Shown: in pieces, positions 8,795 through 19,874 of the stretch
Position numbering within the stretch: position 1 is the stretch's first letter
Layout of the letters: each line of letters starts with the position of its first letter
Assembly (NCBI GenBank): GCA_963806495.1
Contig: CAWDYA010000008.1
Coordinates: forward strand, 321,114 to 385,113
Source of the DNA: an uncultured Acidobacteriota bacterium
GTDB lineage: Bacteria > Acidobacteriota > Polarisedimenticolia > JACPZX01 > DASXTC01
Length of the DNA: 64,000 bases
Reading direction: 5' to 3'
Notes under the pieces: model-generated
Told to the model about the DNA's origin: nothing
What the model saw: only the letters and a program-made list of their open reading frames with translations
The model's database searches: none
Position numbers and translations under genes: made by a program

Positions 8795-11517
8795 ATGCTG
8801 ACCACACGAGCCGCTTTCCGGCCCACCGTCCTCGCAGCCATGCTTTTCCTCGTGCTCGCCGCGGCTTTCCCTGCCCCGGCCCGGAGCGCTCCGGCGGCAT
8901 CAGACACGCCCCCGGAAGTGCAGAAGGCGGTCGAGAAGGTCCTGCAGGCGAAGGTCTCCGAGCCTTCTTTCCGAGAAGGACGACGAAGGCCGGTTCTACA
9001 AGCGGGGCAGCTACTCCAAGCTGTTCCACAAGGTGGACGCGGACACCTATCAGGCCGGCTTCCAGGTCGACACGGCGGGGAAATCCAATCTCACGACGGA
9101 GCGATACCTGCTCACGCTCAAGCAGGATCTGGACGACACCTGGAGCATCACCAACGAGGAGCTGAAGGACACTTACAAGGGGCTTTACAGGAGCGTGTAC
9201 GACAAAGAGCAGTGCTTCGCCTTCGACTCATTCCCGTGGCACCGCGAGGGTCTCGTGGTCAAGGCGACGAACGGAAGCATGTGCAGAGGAATTCGTGACA
9301 AGCCGGCGAGATTCGCCGCTCAACTCGGCCGAATACCTCTCGTATGAGTACATGCCGCCGATAGAGGATGATGAGCCCATGTACAGACCTCTGCAAGAGG
9401 GATTACACGAAGGACCTGGTCTTTCGACCCGAAGTTCGCATACATCCTCTGCGATTCGACGACCTGCGAGCAGTTCCGTTCGACGGCATTCACGGGGCTG
9501 CGGGAGATACCGTACGCGGAGATTGACGCCGATCTTCTCAAGGAGCTCGACAAGCAGGAGAAGGACAGGACGGATGCCCTGAACAAGAACCCCTTCTATG
9601 GCTTCCGCCGGCCCGATCGAGCCGGACAGGCGGCGCTACAGCGTCTACCAAGAGAACCCGGCCTTACCGACAACGGCCTGTGGCTGACCTCGGACAGCTA
9701 CGAAGGTCGCGAGGTCGAGTTCCGCGTGGCCCAGGTCGGCGGCAATCGACGTTCGGCATCCCGCTGTTCGCCTACTACTCGGAGCAGACGCGCGCGAGCG
9801 GCATCTCGCCCGCCGAGCTGGAGCGCCGTCCCGACGCCGAGGGCCGTGACTACGACCTGGACAGCCTGGTCGGCGCGGTCGAGATGGGGTTCGGCGACGG
9901 TGAAACACTCGCCGGCGATATTCACCTACGGCCTCACGACCAAACGCAAGCTCAAGGAGATTCCGTTCGGGATCGCGCGCACGGATCGCTCCACCGACGA
10001 AAAGAAGGAAATCAAGAACCCGACGATGACGATCAACGCTCTCCAGGACGCCACAGGGCAACGACCTGACCTGGGTCCGCACCGGCCCCTACACCGGCCT
10101 CGTGATCCTTCCGGAGGAGGTCCCTGCCGGAACGAAGCTGACGATGCGTCTCGACTTCGAGAACCGCGACAGCATCTACAAGGTGTCGCCCTCCTACTCG
10201 TACGTGGACAGGGGCGGGTGGCTGCCGTTCGTGAGGTTCGGCGACTTCATCGACACCTTCGACATGACCGTCCGCGTGCCCTCGCGCTACACCACGCTCG
10301 GTATCGGACACAAGGTCTCCGAGAAGACCGAGGACGGCGCCAGCGTCACGCACTGGGTGGCCAAGAACCCCGTTTCGTTCCCGACGGTCATCTTCGGGCA
10401 GTACTACGAGGAGAGTGCCGGCTTCAAGGTCAAGAAGAGCGACGGGACCGAAGTCCCGGTCACGATCCACGTCGACAAGGACAGCATGGCCGACTGGGAG
10501 ATCACTCCCAAGGCGCTCAGGAAATTCGCGGACGACGCAGCCAACTCTCTCAATCTCTACAGCAAGATCTTCGGCATCGACTACCCGTACTCCAAGCTGG
10601 ATCTGGTGAACGACCCGGCCCCGGCCTTCTATGGCCAGGCGCCCTCGTCGATCGTCTATCTGGGCAGCCCCACGTTCATGAGCAAGGGGCGGCTCGGCAG
10701 CGCGGGGTTCGGCGGCTCGCGCCTCACGAAGTTCACCGATTCTCTGGTTCCGCACGAGGTGGCGCATCAGTGGTGGGGATCGGTCGTGGCGAACTCCAAC
10801 TTCAGGAATTACTGGTTCGTGGAGAGCCTCGCCGAGTACTCGGCCGCGCTCTTCATCGAGAACGCATACGGGCGTGACGCCTACCAGCAGCACATCGACG
10901 ACTGGCGGCGCGAGATCCTGGCGGCCGACATGCGCGGGCGCGTCCAGGACAACTACACGGTCTGGCAGGGGCCGGGTGGTTTCGCGCCGTTCCGTGCGGC
11001 GATCTACGCCAAGGGGCCGTACGCGTTCCACATCATGCGGTCCACCTGGGGCGACGAGGCGTTCTTCAAGTTCATCAAGAATCGCTCGCCCAGGAGATGG
11101 CAGGCAAGGAGATCGTCACCCGCGACATCCAGCAGGTCGCCGAGAAGACGTTCGGCGCCAACCTCGACTGGTTCTTCAACCAGTGGCTGCGCGGCGTCGG
11201 CCTCCCTGCGTTCACCTTCACCTACAACGTCAGGACCGCCGAGGACGGCAGCATCCTTGTCGAGGGGAACGTCGAGCAGCAGGTCTGCCTCAAGCCGGCG
11301 ACGTCCGTCAAGGAAGTGAATCGACGGCAAGTACTTCACCGGGATCGTGCCGATCACGATCGTCGGCAAGAGCGGCAAGGAATACCGCAAGCGGCTGATC
11401 ATCGAGGGGAAGACCACGCCGTTCAAGTTCGCCATCCCCGAGAAGCCCAAGGACATCATCTTCAACCGTGACGGCGACGAGCTCGCCTACGACGTCGTCG
11501 TGCGCACGGCGTCCTAG
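8795..11517 (+). pseudogene. M1-family aminopeptidase N-like gene (secreted), disrupted by at least nine frameshifts
   Basis: A GGAGGA RBS and a signal peptide (MLTTRAAFRPTVLAAMLFLVLAAAFPAPA) open the gene. The coding sense then continues across all three forward frames (ORFs 8795-, 9033-, 9295-, 9680-, 9726-, 10102-, 11097-). The zinc-binding motif HEVAHQWWG...E and a C-terminal ...DGDELAYDVVVRTAS are present. GC content here is lower than in the flanks. Confidence 0.7.
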
Positions 11518-11532
11518 CCGCCGCGGCCCACG

Positions 11533-12981
11533 ATGCCAGACTACGAGCCGGTCATCGGTCTGGAGGTCCACGCACAGCTTCGGACCGAGACCAAGATCTT
11601 CTGCGGCTGCCGGACGCTGTTCGGCAGCCCGCCCAACACCCAGGTGTGCCCCGTCTGCCTCGGGATGCCGGGCGTGCTCCCGGTGCTGAACCGGCGCGCG
11701 GTGGAGCTTGCGCTGCGCGCGGCGCTGGCCACCGGATGCGTCGTCAGGCAGCGATCGATCTTCGCCCGGAAGAACTACTTCTACCCCGACCTGCCCAAGG
11801 GATACCAGATCAGCATGTACGAGCTGCCCCTGGCGGAGAACGGCCGCGTGCCGATCGAGGTGGACGACGGCTCCTGGACGAAGTCGATCGGGCTCACCCG
11901 CATCCACATGGAGGAGGACGCCGGCAAGCTGGTCCACGACGGCGGCGCCGCAGCCGAGGGCGCCTCGCTGGTGGACTTCAACCGCGCGGGTGTTCCGCTC
12001 ATCGAGATCGTCAGCGAGCCGGATATCGCGAGCGCCGAGGAGGCGCACGCCTATCTGACGCGGCTCAAGTCGATCCTCACCTGTATCGAGGTGTGCGATG
12101 GCAACATGGAGGAAGGATCGCTGCGGTGCGACGCCAACGTCTCGGTCCGCCCTGAGGGGAGCACCGGCTACGGCACCAAGGTGGAGATCAAGAACCTCAA
12201 CTCGTTCCGCAACGTGGTCCGGGCGCTGGAGTACGAGATCCGGCGCCAGAGCGACGCGCTCCGACGCGGCGAGCCGGTCCGGCAGGAGACACGCCTGTTC
12301 GACGCCGACCGGGGCGTGACCGAGCCGATGCGCTCCAAGGAGGAGGCCATGGACTACCGGTACTTCCCGGAGCCCGATCTGCCGCCTCTCACCGTCGAAG
12401 AGAGCGTCATCGAGCGGGTGCGCCGCGAGCTTCCGGAGCTGCCGACCGCGCGGCGGGAGCGGTTCATGACAAAGCTCGGGCTGCCCGCCCGCGACGCCGA
12501 CTTCCTCACGCTGGAACGCCCTCTCGCCGAGTTCTTCGAGGAGGTCTCCGACGCCTCGGGCAACCCGAAGGCGGCGGCCAACTGGGTCACGAGCGAGCTG
12601 GCCGGCAGGCTCAACGCGGCGGGACTCGACCTGGCCCGCTCCCCGGTCTCGGCCCGCTCGCTGGCCGCCCTCATCCGCCTGATCGACGACGGCACCATTT
12701 CGGGCAGGATCGCCAAGTCGGTGTTCGACGAGATGTTCGCCAATGGCGGTGATCCTCAGGAGATCATCCGCCGGCAGGGGCTGACGCAGATCACCGACGA
12801 GGAGAGCCTGCGCGCCATCGTGGAGAAGGTGGTGGCGGGCAGCCCGGCACAGGTGGAGCAGTACCGCCAGGGCAAGAAGGCGACGCTCGGCTGGTTCGTC
12901 GGGCAGGTCATGAAGGAGACGGGGGGCAAGGCGAACCCGGGGGTGGTCAACAGGTTGCTGAAGGAAAGGCTTGATGCGTAG
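11533..12981 (+). CDS. gatB: Asp-tRNA(Asn)/Glu-tRNA(Gln) amidotransferase subunit B
   Basis: The N-terminus [26 protein letters not shown]... matches the canonical GatB start, and the 482-aa product has a C-terminal YqeY-like domain. Confidence 0.95.
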   Translation: MPDYEPVIGLEVHAQLRTETKIFCGCRTLFGSPPNTQVCPVCLGMPGVLPVLNRRAVELALRAALATGCVVRQRSIFARKNYFYPDLPKGYQISMYELPLAENGRVPIEVDDGSWTKSIGLTRIHMEEDAGKLVHDGGAAAEGASLVDFNRAGVPLIEIVSEPDIASAEEAHAYLTRLKSILTCIEVCDGNMEEGSLRCDANVSVRPEGSTGYGTKVEIKNLNSFRNVVRALEYEIRRQSDALRRGEPVRQETRLFDADRGVTEPMRSKEEAMDYRYFPEPDLPPLTVEESVIERVRRELPELPTARRERFMTKLGLPARDADFLTLERPLAEFFEEVSDASGNPKAAANWVTSELAGRLNAAGLDLARSPVSARSLAALIRLIDDGTISGRIAKSVFDEMFANGGDPQEIIRRQGLTQITDEESLRAIVEKVVAGSPAQVEQYRQGKKATLGWFVGQVMKETGGKANPGVVNRLLKERLDA

Positions 12982-13201
12982 CTTCCTGTCTCTGCCGGAA
13001 GAGATGATACCCCTGCGGGGACGGGGTCACGCATCGCCCCGGGCGACGCGCGCCCCTGCGCGCTCCCTCGCCGCCGCGCCCGGCGCGGCAGACGGCTCGG
13101 TCCGCGAGCCCCCTCGGGATATCATCTCTCCCGGCTGTTCAAGCCAAACCTCGCCATCCATCGACCGACGAAACCCGATTCACCGATCCTAGCGAGGACA
13201 G

Positions 13202-14092
13202 TTGAACATCCTCCCTGCACTCCTCATGGCCCTGCTCCTCGCCCAGGCCGGGTTCGGGACGGTGGAGGCGCCGCCGTTTCACATCCACTACTCCGTTTCG
13301 CTGGGCGCCGAGGCGCGCGCGCTCGCCGCGGCCGTGCCCGATACCGTCGCGCGTCTGACCGAGGATCTCGACGCCCCGCCGCTTCCGCCGGCGAACCTGT
13401 TCCTTGTGTCCGGCGACGACGCCCCCGCGCCGCTGGGAAGCATCATGCCGGAGTGGGCGGCCGGCATCGCCGTGCCCGGCATGGACACGGTCGTCATCAG
13501 GACCGATCGGGTGGGGCCCTACGGCCAGCGCCAGCTCGAAGGCGTGTTCGCCCACGAGACCGCGCACATGCTCATGGCTCTCGCCGCCGGGCGTGGCGCC
13601 GGGCTGATGCCCTCCTGGTTCAGCGAGGGGGTGGCGGCTAACCTCGCGCGCGACGGCGAGTGGATGGAGTTCATCTATCTCTGGCTGTCGCCGGTGGCCT
13701 CCTCGAGCCGACCGCTCCTGACCCTGGAGGAGTGCTTCGGCTCGATGGGCACCCCCGCCCTGCGGCGCGCCGCCTACTCCGGCTCCTACTCGTTCATCCG
13801 TTTCGCCATGACGCGCCACGGTGCCGGCCTGCCCGCGCGGGTGCTGGCCGGGCTGGCCTCCGGCCTCGGGTTCGAGCGGAGCTGGGCCGCCGCGGCCGGG
13901 AGCACGCTCGACGAGGACGAGGCGGCGTGGTCCGCATCGATCCGCGGCTCCCGCCGCTGGTTCGCCATCCTGACGTCCTCGTTCGCCCTGTGGATGTCCA
14001 TCACCCTGCTGCTGCTCGTGGCATACCGGATCAAGCGCAGCCGCTCCCGCAGGATCCTGGAGGCATGGCACGATGACGATCCGCTGTCCTGA
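13202..14092 (+). CDS. Peptidase_MA-like (HExxH...EGxA) putative zinc metalloprotease with signal peptide and C-terminal transmembrane anchor
   Basis: The gene starts at TTG (or at the in-frame ATG 24 nt downstream). The product carries HETAHML followed by SWFSEGVAANLA, and a C-terminal hydrophobic helix (WFAILTSSFALWMSITLLLLVAY). It lies 18 bp upstream of ftsE on the same strand. Confidence 0.65.
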   Translation: MNILPALLMALLLAQAGFGTVEAPPFHIHYSVSLGAEARALAAAVPDTVARLTEDLDAPPLPPANLFLVSGDDAPAPLGSIMPEWAAGIAVPGMDTVVIRTDRVGPYGQRQLEGVFAHETAHMLMALAAGRGAGLMPSWFSEGVAANLARDGEWMEFIYLWLSPVASSSRPLLTLEECFGSMGTPALRRAAYSGSYSFIRFAMTRHGAGLPARVLAGLASGLGFERSWAAAAGSTLDEDEAAWSASIRGSRRWFAILTSSFALWMSITLLLLVAYRIKRSRSRRILEAWHDDDPLS

Positions 14093-14110
14093 GCCTATAA
14101 TGGCCCCGCG

Positions 14111-14803
14111 ATGATCAGGCTGCATCACGTGGACAAGACCTATCCCGGCGGCAGCGCGGCGCTCGTCGACGTCTCCCTGCACGTCGAGAAGGGGCAGTTC
14201 GCCTTCCTGACCGGCCCCTCCGGGGCGGGCAAGACGACACTGCTGAGGCTGCTGCTGCGGGAGGAGCTGCCCACCGCGGGCAGCATCGTGGTCAACGGCC
14301 GCAATGTCGCCGCCATGCCGTCGCGCGACGTCCCCTATCTGCGCCGGACGATGGGCGTGGTGTTCCAGGACTTCAAGCTGATCCAGTCAAAGACGGTGCT
14401 GGAGAACCTGACCCTGGTCCAGGAGGCGGTGGGTGTGCCCCGCGCCCGGCATCGCTCGCGGGCAGCGAAGGTGCTCAAGCAGGTGTCGCTGCAGCACAAG
14501 CTGAACGCCTACCCTCTTCAGCTCTCCGGCGGCGAGCAGCAACGGGTGGCGATCGCGCGGGCGCTGGTCAACGAGCCGATCATCCTGCTGGCGGACGAGC
14601 CGACAGGCAACCTCGACCCGGATCTCGCCGAGGAGATCATGGGCCTGCTGCGCGAGATCAATGCCCATGGGACCACGGTGGTCGTCGCCACGCACGACCG
14701 CGACATGATCCGCCGTTTCGGGCGCCGGGTGCTGCACCTGGCGGAGGGGCGTCTCGTCGAGTCGTCGGCGCGGGCGGCCGCGATGGGCGGAGGCGAGACA
14801 TGA
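14111..14803 (+). CDS. ftsE: cell-division ABC transporter ATP-binding protein FtsE
   Basis: The product has a Walker A motif (GPSGAGKTT), the ABC signature [15 protein letters not shown] and a Walker B motif ([12 protein letters not shown]). Confidence 0.95.
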   Translation: MIRLHHVDKTYPGGSAALVDVSLHVEKGQFAFLTGPSGAGKTTLLRLLLREELPTAGSIVVNGRNVAAMPSRDVPYLRRTMGVVFQDFKLIQSKTVLENLTLVQEAVGVPRARHRSRAAKVLKQVSLQHKLNAYPLQLSGGEQQRVAIARALVNEPIILLADEPTGNLDPDLAEEIMGLLREINAHGTTVVVATHDRDMIRRFGRRVLHLAEGRLVESSARAAAMGGGET

Positions 14804-15705
14804 TCCAGTCGCTGCGCTGCTTCATCCGCGAGGCCCTGATCGGCTTCTACCGGGCGCGGGCGATGAACGTCGTGACGGTCGGCATCATCGCCGCGTCGCT
14901 GGCCATCCTGGGCGGCTTTCTTCTGCTCGTGGAGAACCTGAGGGGTCTCGCCGACGAGTGGAACCGCGTGCAGGTCAACGCGTATCTCAAGGACGACGCG
15001 GTGGAGCAGCAGCCCAGAGAGGTGAGCGCGCTGGTGGACCGGATCCGGGCAAAGCCGTTCGTCCGCGAGGTGAGCTACATATCGCGCGAACAGGCGCTCG
15101 CCATCTTCCGCAGCCGCTTCCCCTCGCTGGCCGAGGCGGCCGGGTCGCTGCACGACAACCCCTTCCCGGCCTCGATAGAGATCTCGGTGCTCGGCGAGGA
15201 CGATCGACGCCGCGAGGGAACCGAGCGGCTGGTGGCGGATCTCAAGGCCTCGCCCCTCGTGGACATGATCCAGGACAACGAGCAGGAGGCGCGCAAGCTG
15301 ATCGCGATTCTGGCGGTCGTCTCCACCGTGGGCCTGGCGGTGGGCGGCGTGCTCGCTTTGGCCTCGGTGTTCATCATCTTCAACGTCATCCGGCTGACCG
15401 TCAACGCCCGGCGTGACGAGATCGCGATCATGCGGCTGGTCGGGGCCACCACCGGCTTCATCCGGGGCCCGTTCCTGGTGGAGGGGATGCTGCAAGGAGG
15501 GCTCGGAGCGCTCGCCGCGATCGCCCTGCTTTACGCGGCCCATCTGGGGCTGGCCGACTACGCCTCCCGATCGGGCAACAGCCTGGCGGGGCTCCTGAGC
15601 GCCCATTTCCTGCCCGCGGCCCGTGCCCTTCAGCTCGCCCTCGGCGGACTGCTCATCGGGCTGACCGGGAGCGCCCTGTCGCTTCGCCGCTTCCTCTCGA
15701 ACTGA
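14800..15705 (+). CDS. ftsX: cell-division permease-like protein FtsX
   Basis: It overlaps the ftsE stop by 4 bp. The topology is FtsX-like: TM1, a periplasmic loop, then three C-terminal transmembrane helices. Confidence 0.9.
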   Translation: MIQSLRCFIREALIGFYRARAMNVVTVGIIAASLAILGGFLLLVENLRGLADEWNRVQVNAYLKDDAVEQQPREVSALVDRIRAKPFVREVSYISREQALAIFRSRFPSLAEAAGSLHDNPFPASIEISVLGEDDRRREGTERLVADLKASPLVDMIQDNEQEARKLIAILAVVSTVGLAVGGVLALASVFIIFNVIRLTVNARRDEIAIMRLVGATTGFIRGPFLVEGMLQGGLGALAAIALLYAAHLGLADYASRSGNSLAGLLSAHFLPAARALQLALGGLLIGLTGSALSLRRFLSN

Positions 15706-15726
15706 CCGATCCGCCTCCCCGCCGCC

Positions 15727-18700
15727 TCAGAACTCGTAGCCGATGTAGAAGTCGGAGTGGAAGCCGTTGTCATGGACCTCGACGAAGGGGCACGTGGCGA
15801 GCGCCGTGGCGAGCTCGCTGGTGGTCGTGGCATTGAACACCGCGTTCGTGCACTGGTTCGTGACCTGCGTCTCCGAGTAGGGCAGACGCTTGGCGAAGTT
15901 CCAGTTGAGCTGGAAGTACCCGAGCCGGAACGAGAAGCCGATGCCGTACGAAGCGCGCAGGTCGCGGAACCGGTCGTTCTCCTTGTCGTACAGCTTGAAG
16001 TCGCGGAACACACCGGTTTCCTTGTCATAGAACCAGCCATCCTGGGTCCAGGCCGTTCCGGCGTCGAAGAAGAGCAGCCCCCGGACCTGACGCAACGAGC
16101 CGAACGGGAACCGCACCTCGTCGACCAGCGGGAACCGCAGCTCCAGGTTCATGTAGGCCGCACGGTCGCCGAGAAACTCACGATAACGGTATCCGCGGAT
16201 CTGGTTGTAGCCGCCGATGCTGAAGAGCTGCGCCCCGTCTCCCTCGCTGATGTCCGCGTTGAGCCGGAACGCGATGAGCGAGCGCCGCGTCAGGTGCTGG
16301 TAGGTCCGGAGGTCAAGGCTGTAGAGATTGTACCGGCCGAGGTCCGAGGAACCGGCCGGGACGACCGTGGTGGAGAAGTTGATCCTCTTGCCGTTCCAGG
16401 CGCCAAAGCTCTTGTACCGGGTGGTGTCGTTGACGAGACTCAACCCGGCGAACGGCGCCGTACCCGCCACGAAGTCGGTATTGAGGAACGCGTACCTGAC
16501 GTTCCGGAGCGGCCGGATCATTCGGATTCGGCCCTTTGAAAGCGAACAGGTTGGTGCCGATCACATCGCGGTTCACGACGCCGACGGTCCCCTCGAACCG
16601 GGAATACGTCGAGAACGGCCAGATCATCCCGCCCCGGCCCATGGTGACCCGGTTCGCCTCCTCCCGCACGTAGCTGCCCGAGCTGGTCGGCAGCACAACG
16701 AAATCCCTGAAGTCCGAGGCCGCGACGAACCACTGCAGCCGCCGCTTCAGGTCGACATAGCCGACGTCGACGTTGGTGAACGACGACACCGCCAGAGTGT
16801 TGACCCATATCCGGTGGTCGCCCAGCAGATCGGAGAACACGATGCGCGCGTCTCCGATGACGGTGCCGTCGCTCGCCACGGCCACGGCTACAGAGGGCGC
16901 CTGCTCGACATGGAACTGCATCTTGTCGTACTTCTTCTTCTCGCTCTCGTCGAGCGTGAGCTGCAGCGGCGGCTTGAACGGAACGATCTCGGTCGGCTCC
17001 TGCAGTCTCTCGGCCGGCTGCACGTCGTTGACGACGTTCTCGAGGTCGACCGTGTAGAGCCGGTACCGGCCGTCCCAGAACGCCGTCGTGACGAGCTTTC
17101 CCTTCCCGTTCTTCTCCGGCAGCTCGCGCGGGCTGAAGCTTCCGCTCATGACGTCGGTATACTGCTTGACCTCACCGGTCTCCAGATCCAGCGAGTAGAT
17201 ATTGAAGATGTCCCGGCTGCCGGCGTCCGAGGCGTAATAGATCCGCTTGCCGTCGCGCGAGAACGCCGGCTGAACGTCGGTGGTCTCGCCGAAGGTGACC
17301 TGGGTCTTCTGCGCGGGGTCGTCGTAGTCCAGCAGGAAGATCTTCTCGTAGGCGTTGATGCGGCGGTTGTACAGGATCGTCTTGCCGTCGGTGGACCACG
17401 AGGGGTTGGCGTCGTAGAAGGTGTCGTTCGTGATGTTGGTGAGGACCTTCGTCTCCAGGTTGTACTCGAAGATGTCCACCTGCCCACGCTTGTTTCCGGC
17501 GAAGGCAATCCGCTTGCCGTCCGGCGAGAAGGCGGGCGACTCGGCCTGATCCACGTCCATCACGTCGTTTCGCACCCGCTTGCCCGTCACCGCGTTGAAG
17601 ATGAGCAGCCGCCGCTTGTTACCCTGGCGCGCGAACACGGCCACCTCGTCGCCGCCCGGCGACCAGCTCAGGTCGTTCCTCCCCCTGAATACCTCGGCGG
17701 TCAGATAGTCGTAGTCGTTCGTCAGCCCCTTGGTGAGGTTGCGGATCATCTCGCCGTCCTTGGCGTTGATGATCACGACGTCGAGGTCCTCCTTCTTGTT
17801 CGTGAGCACCGCGATCAGGTCGCCCGAGGGGGAGAGCGTGGGCGAGAAGGTCCAGATGCCGGGCAGTTTGATCCCGATCTCCTTGCCGGTATCCTCCGGC
17901 TCGTTGCGCTCGAGCAGCACGGGGATGTACTTCTTCTCGAGATACCGGCGGAAACGCCGGTCGAACTCGTCCGCGGTGACGCCGAACGCCTCCTTGATCG
18001 GCTTGGCGATGTTGGAGGTCAGCAGCACCTTGCGGTATTCCGTCAGGAAGGTCCGGATCCCCTCGGAGCCGAACTCCTTGTCGATGAAGTCGAAGGCGGC
18101 GTGCCCGTACCGGTACACGAGAAAGCTCGATCCCTGCACCTTTGTTATGGGCGGGAGCAGGCCGTTGACGACGGCGTCGCGGATGACCATGCGGTCGTAC
18201 GGGCTCTCGTCGTAGGCGAGATACGACGCCAGCCCCTCCATGATCCACCCGGGAGGTTCGCTGTTGATGATCCGCCCGCCCGACTCCCCGTACAGGATGC
18301 TGAACTCGAAGATGTGGACCAGCTCGTGCTTGAGCACCTTGTAGAGCCGGTCAGGCGGCTGGTCGATCGGAAGCACCATCCGTCGCTCGAACGGCTCGGC
18401 GAAGGCGCCGGTCGATTCCGGGATGAAGTTCAGCTCGATGTTCGTCTGCTCGAAGTCGCCGTGGTTCTTGTAATAGATGAGCGGCGTGCGGAACGTGGGC
18501 TCGTGATCGAGCGCCTTGGTGAGCTCCAGGAAGGCGCTCTCGGCATAGGAGACGATCTGGTCGAGGAACTGCTCCTCCTCGGGATAGTAATAGACATCGA
18601 AGTGGGGCGCATGATAGACGTGCCACTCGAAGGTCTGGTAGATGACCTTGTTCTTGCCGAAGTAGCCCCACTGGGCCGAGGCGCTGCCCGGCATGAGAAT

Positions 18701-18745
18701 CACCGCCAGGAGGATCGCGGCCAGGCGGGTCGTCTTGAGCTTCAT
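15727..18745 (-). CDS. large outer-membrane protein: N-terminal Peptidase_MA-like HExxH domain, PD40/TolB-like beta-propeller repeats and a C-terminal Omp85 (bacterial surface antigen) beta-barrel. A frameshift lies near 16520-16560.
   Basis: A signal peptide (MKLKTTRLAAILLAVILMPGSASA) is followed by KHELVHIFEF...WIMEGLASYLA. Several DGKRIAF, DGKTILY and DGKRIYY PD40 repeats follow. The C-terminal segment (ORF 15727..16521) has the Omp85 pattern (GGYNQIRGYRYREF...ELRFPL...LFFDAGTAW) and ends in GYEF. The two track ORFs overlap in different frames across an AAAGGG run. Confidence 0.75.
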
Positions 18746-18752
18746 GCTGGAG

Positions 18753-19430
18753 TCACTCCGTGAACAGATAGCGCATCTCGGTCCTCGTGCGCGGTGTGAT
18801 GATACCCAGGATCGACTCGCTGACGCGATCCATGAGCTGGAACAGGATGCTCAGGTCGTCGTTCGACTTGCCGTCGTACACGGTCTCCTCGGTGAAGTGA
18901 TCCTCGTAGAGGAGCTCGCCGGAGGATCCACGGAAGAAATACAACCCGAGATCCATGGTGAACCCCTCCCTCTCGGCCCACCGCGACTGCCGCAGCCGCT
19001 GTCCGGTGAGCTGGGAGATCACGTCCTGCTCGACGAACCCCGACTGGTCGGTGGACTCGAACCTGAGAGTTCCTCCGACGATCAGATCCGCGTTGAACCT
19101 CTCGCCGAGCCGCTTCCAGTAGGCGGTGTTGCGGATCGCCTCCTCGATCGGCTGCTCCGGCAGAGGCAGCGGATCGACGTCCAGCACCTCGAACGATGTC
19201 TTCTTCTGGAACAGCTCGCGCAGATTGTGGTTCAGCTCGCGATCGAGATCGACGGACGGGTGGTCGTTGGTGCGGAACCCGCCCACCAGGAGACGCTTCA
19301 TCCCCTGCGTGTCGATCTTCTGCGGCGACGGCAGGGCGACCTGGACCTCGACCACGCCGGCGAGGGCCGGCGCCGCGCAGGACAGCATCAGGGCGATCAG
19401 CGGAGCGCATGCCGGGCTAGTCCGCCGCAT
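18753..19430 (-). CDS. hypothetical secreted protein (225 aa)
   Basis: The in-frame ATG is preceded by the signal peptide MRRTSPACAPLIALMLSCAAPALAG. The stop lies 7 bp upstream of the outer-membrane gene's start, which suggests one operon. Confidence 0.55.
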   Translation of the reverse strand: MRRTSPACAPLIALMLSCAAPALAGVVEVQVALPSPQKIDTQGMKRLLVGGFRTNDHPSVDLDRELNHNLRELFQKKTSFEVLDVDPLPLPEQPIEEAIRNTAYWKRLGERFNADLIVGGTLRFESTDQSGFVEQDVISQLTGQRLRQSRWAEREGFTMDLGLYFFRGSSGELLYEDHFTEETVYDGKSNDDLSILFQLMDRVSESILGIITPRTRTEMRYLFTE

Positions 19431-19806
19431 CGCCCACCTTGCGGCTCGACCGCACGAAGCCGAGGAACCGCTCGTAGTTGGCCTTGATCTGGGGATCGCC
19501 GGGCGCCAGCTCCAGCGCCTTCTCGTACGCCTTGCGCGCCTCGTCGAAACGTCCGGTGCTCTCCAGGGCCACCGCCAGGTTGCTCCAGGCGTGCGGGTTG
19601 GAGCCGTCCGCCTTGACCGCCTTGTCGAACCGGAACGCGGCCTCGTTCCAGGCGCCGAGACGGGCCACCTTGACCCCGAACTCCATCTGTTGCTCCGCCT
19701 CGCTCTTGACCACCGCGGGAACCCGGACTGCCGGCACCAGAACAAGGGCCGCCAGCCCGAGAGCGGCGTAAAGGAGCGTGCGGCGCGCGCGTCGTGTCTG
19801 CCTCAT
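19417..19806 (-). CDS. TPR-repeat lipoprotein/periplasmic protein (129 aa)
   Basis: A signal peptide (MRQTRRARRTLLYAALGLAALVL) is followed by TPR-like helices (AWSNLAVALESTGRFDEARKAYEKALELAPGD). The gene overlaps the downstream gene by 14 bp. Confidence 0.7.
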   Translation of the reverse strand: MRQTRRARRTLLYAALGLAALVLVPAVRVPAVVKSEAEQQMEFGVKVARLGAWNEAAFRFDKAVKADGSNPHAWSNLAVALESTGRFDEARKAYEKALELAPGDPQIKANYERFLGFVRSSRKVGDAAD

Positions 19807-19874
19807 CGATCCTCGAGCAAAGGGACGGCTTGCAGGCGATCGAACGGGAGTATAGTGGAGCCGCGCCTCGCCCT

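Noticed and set aside
16328-18763. 811-aa plus-strand ORF overlapping the outer-membrane protein gene
   Set aside because: It has antisense low-complexity composition with no domain signal. The minus-strand product has clear PD40/Omp85 features.
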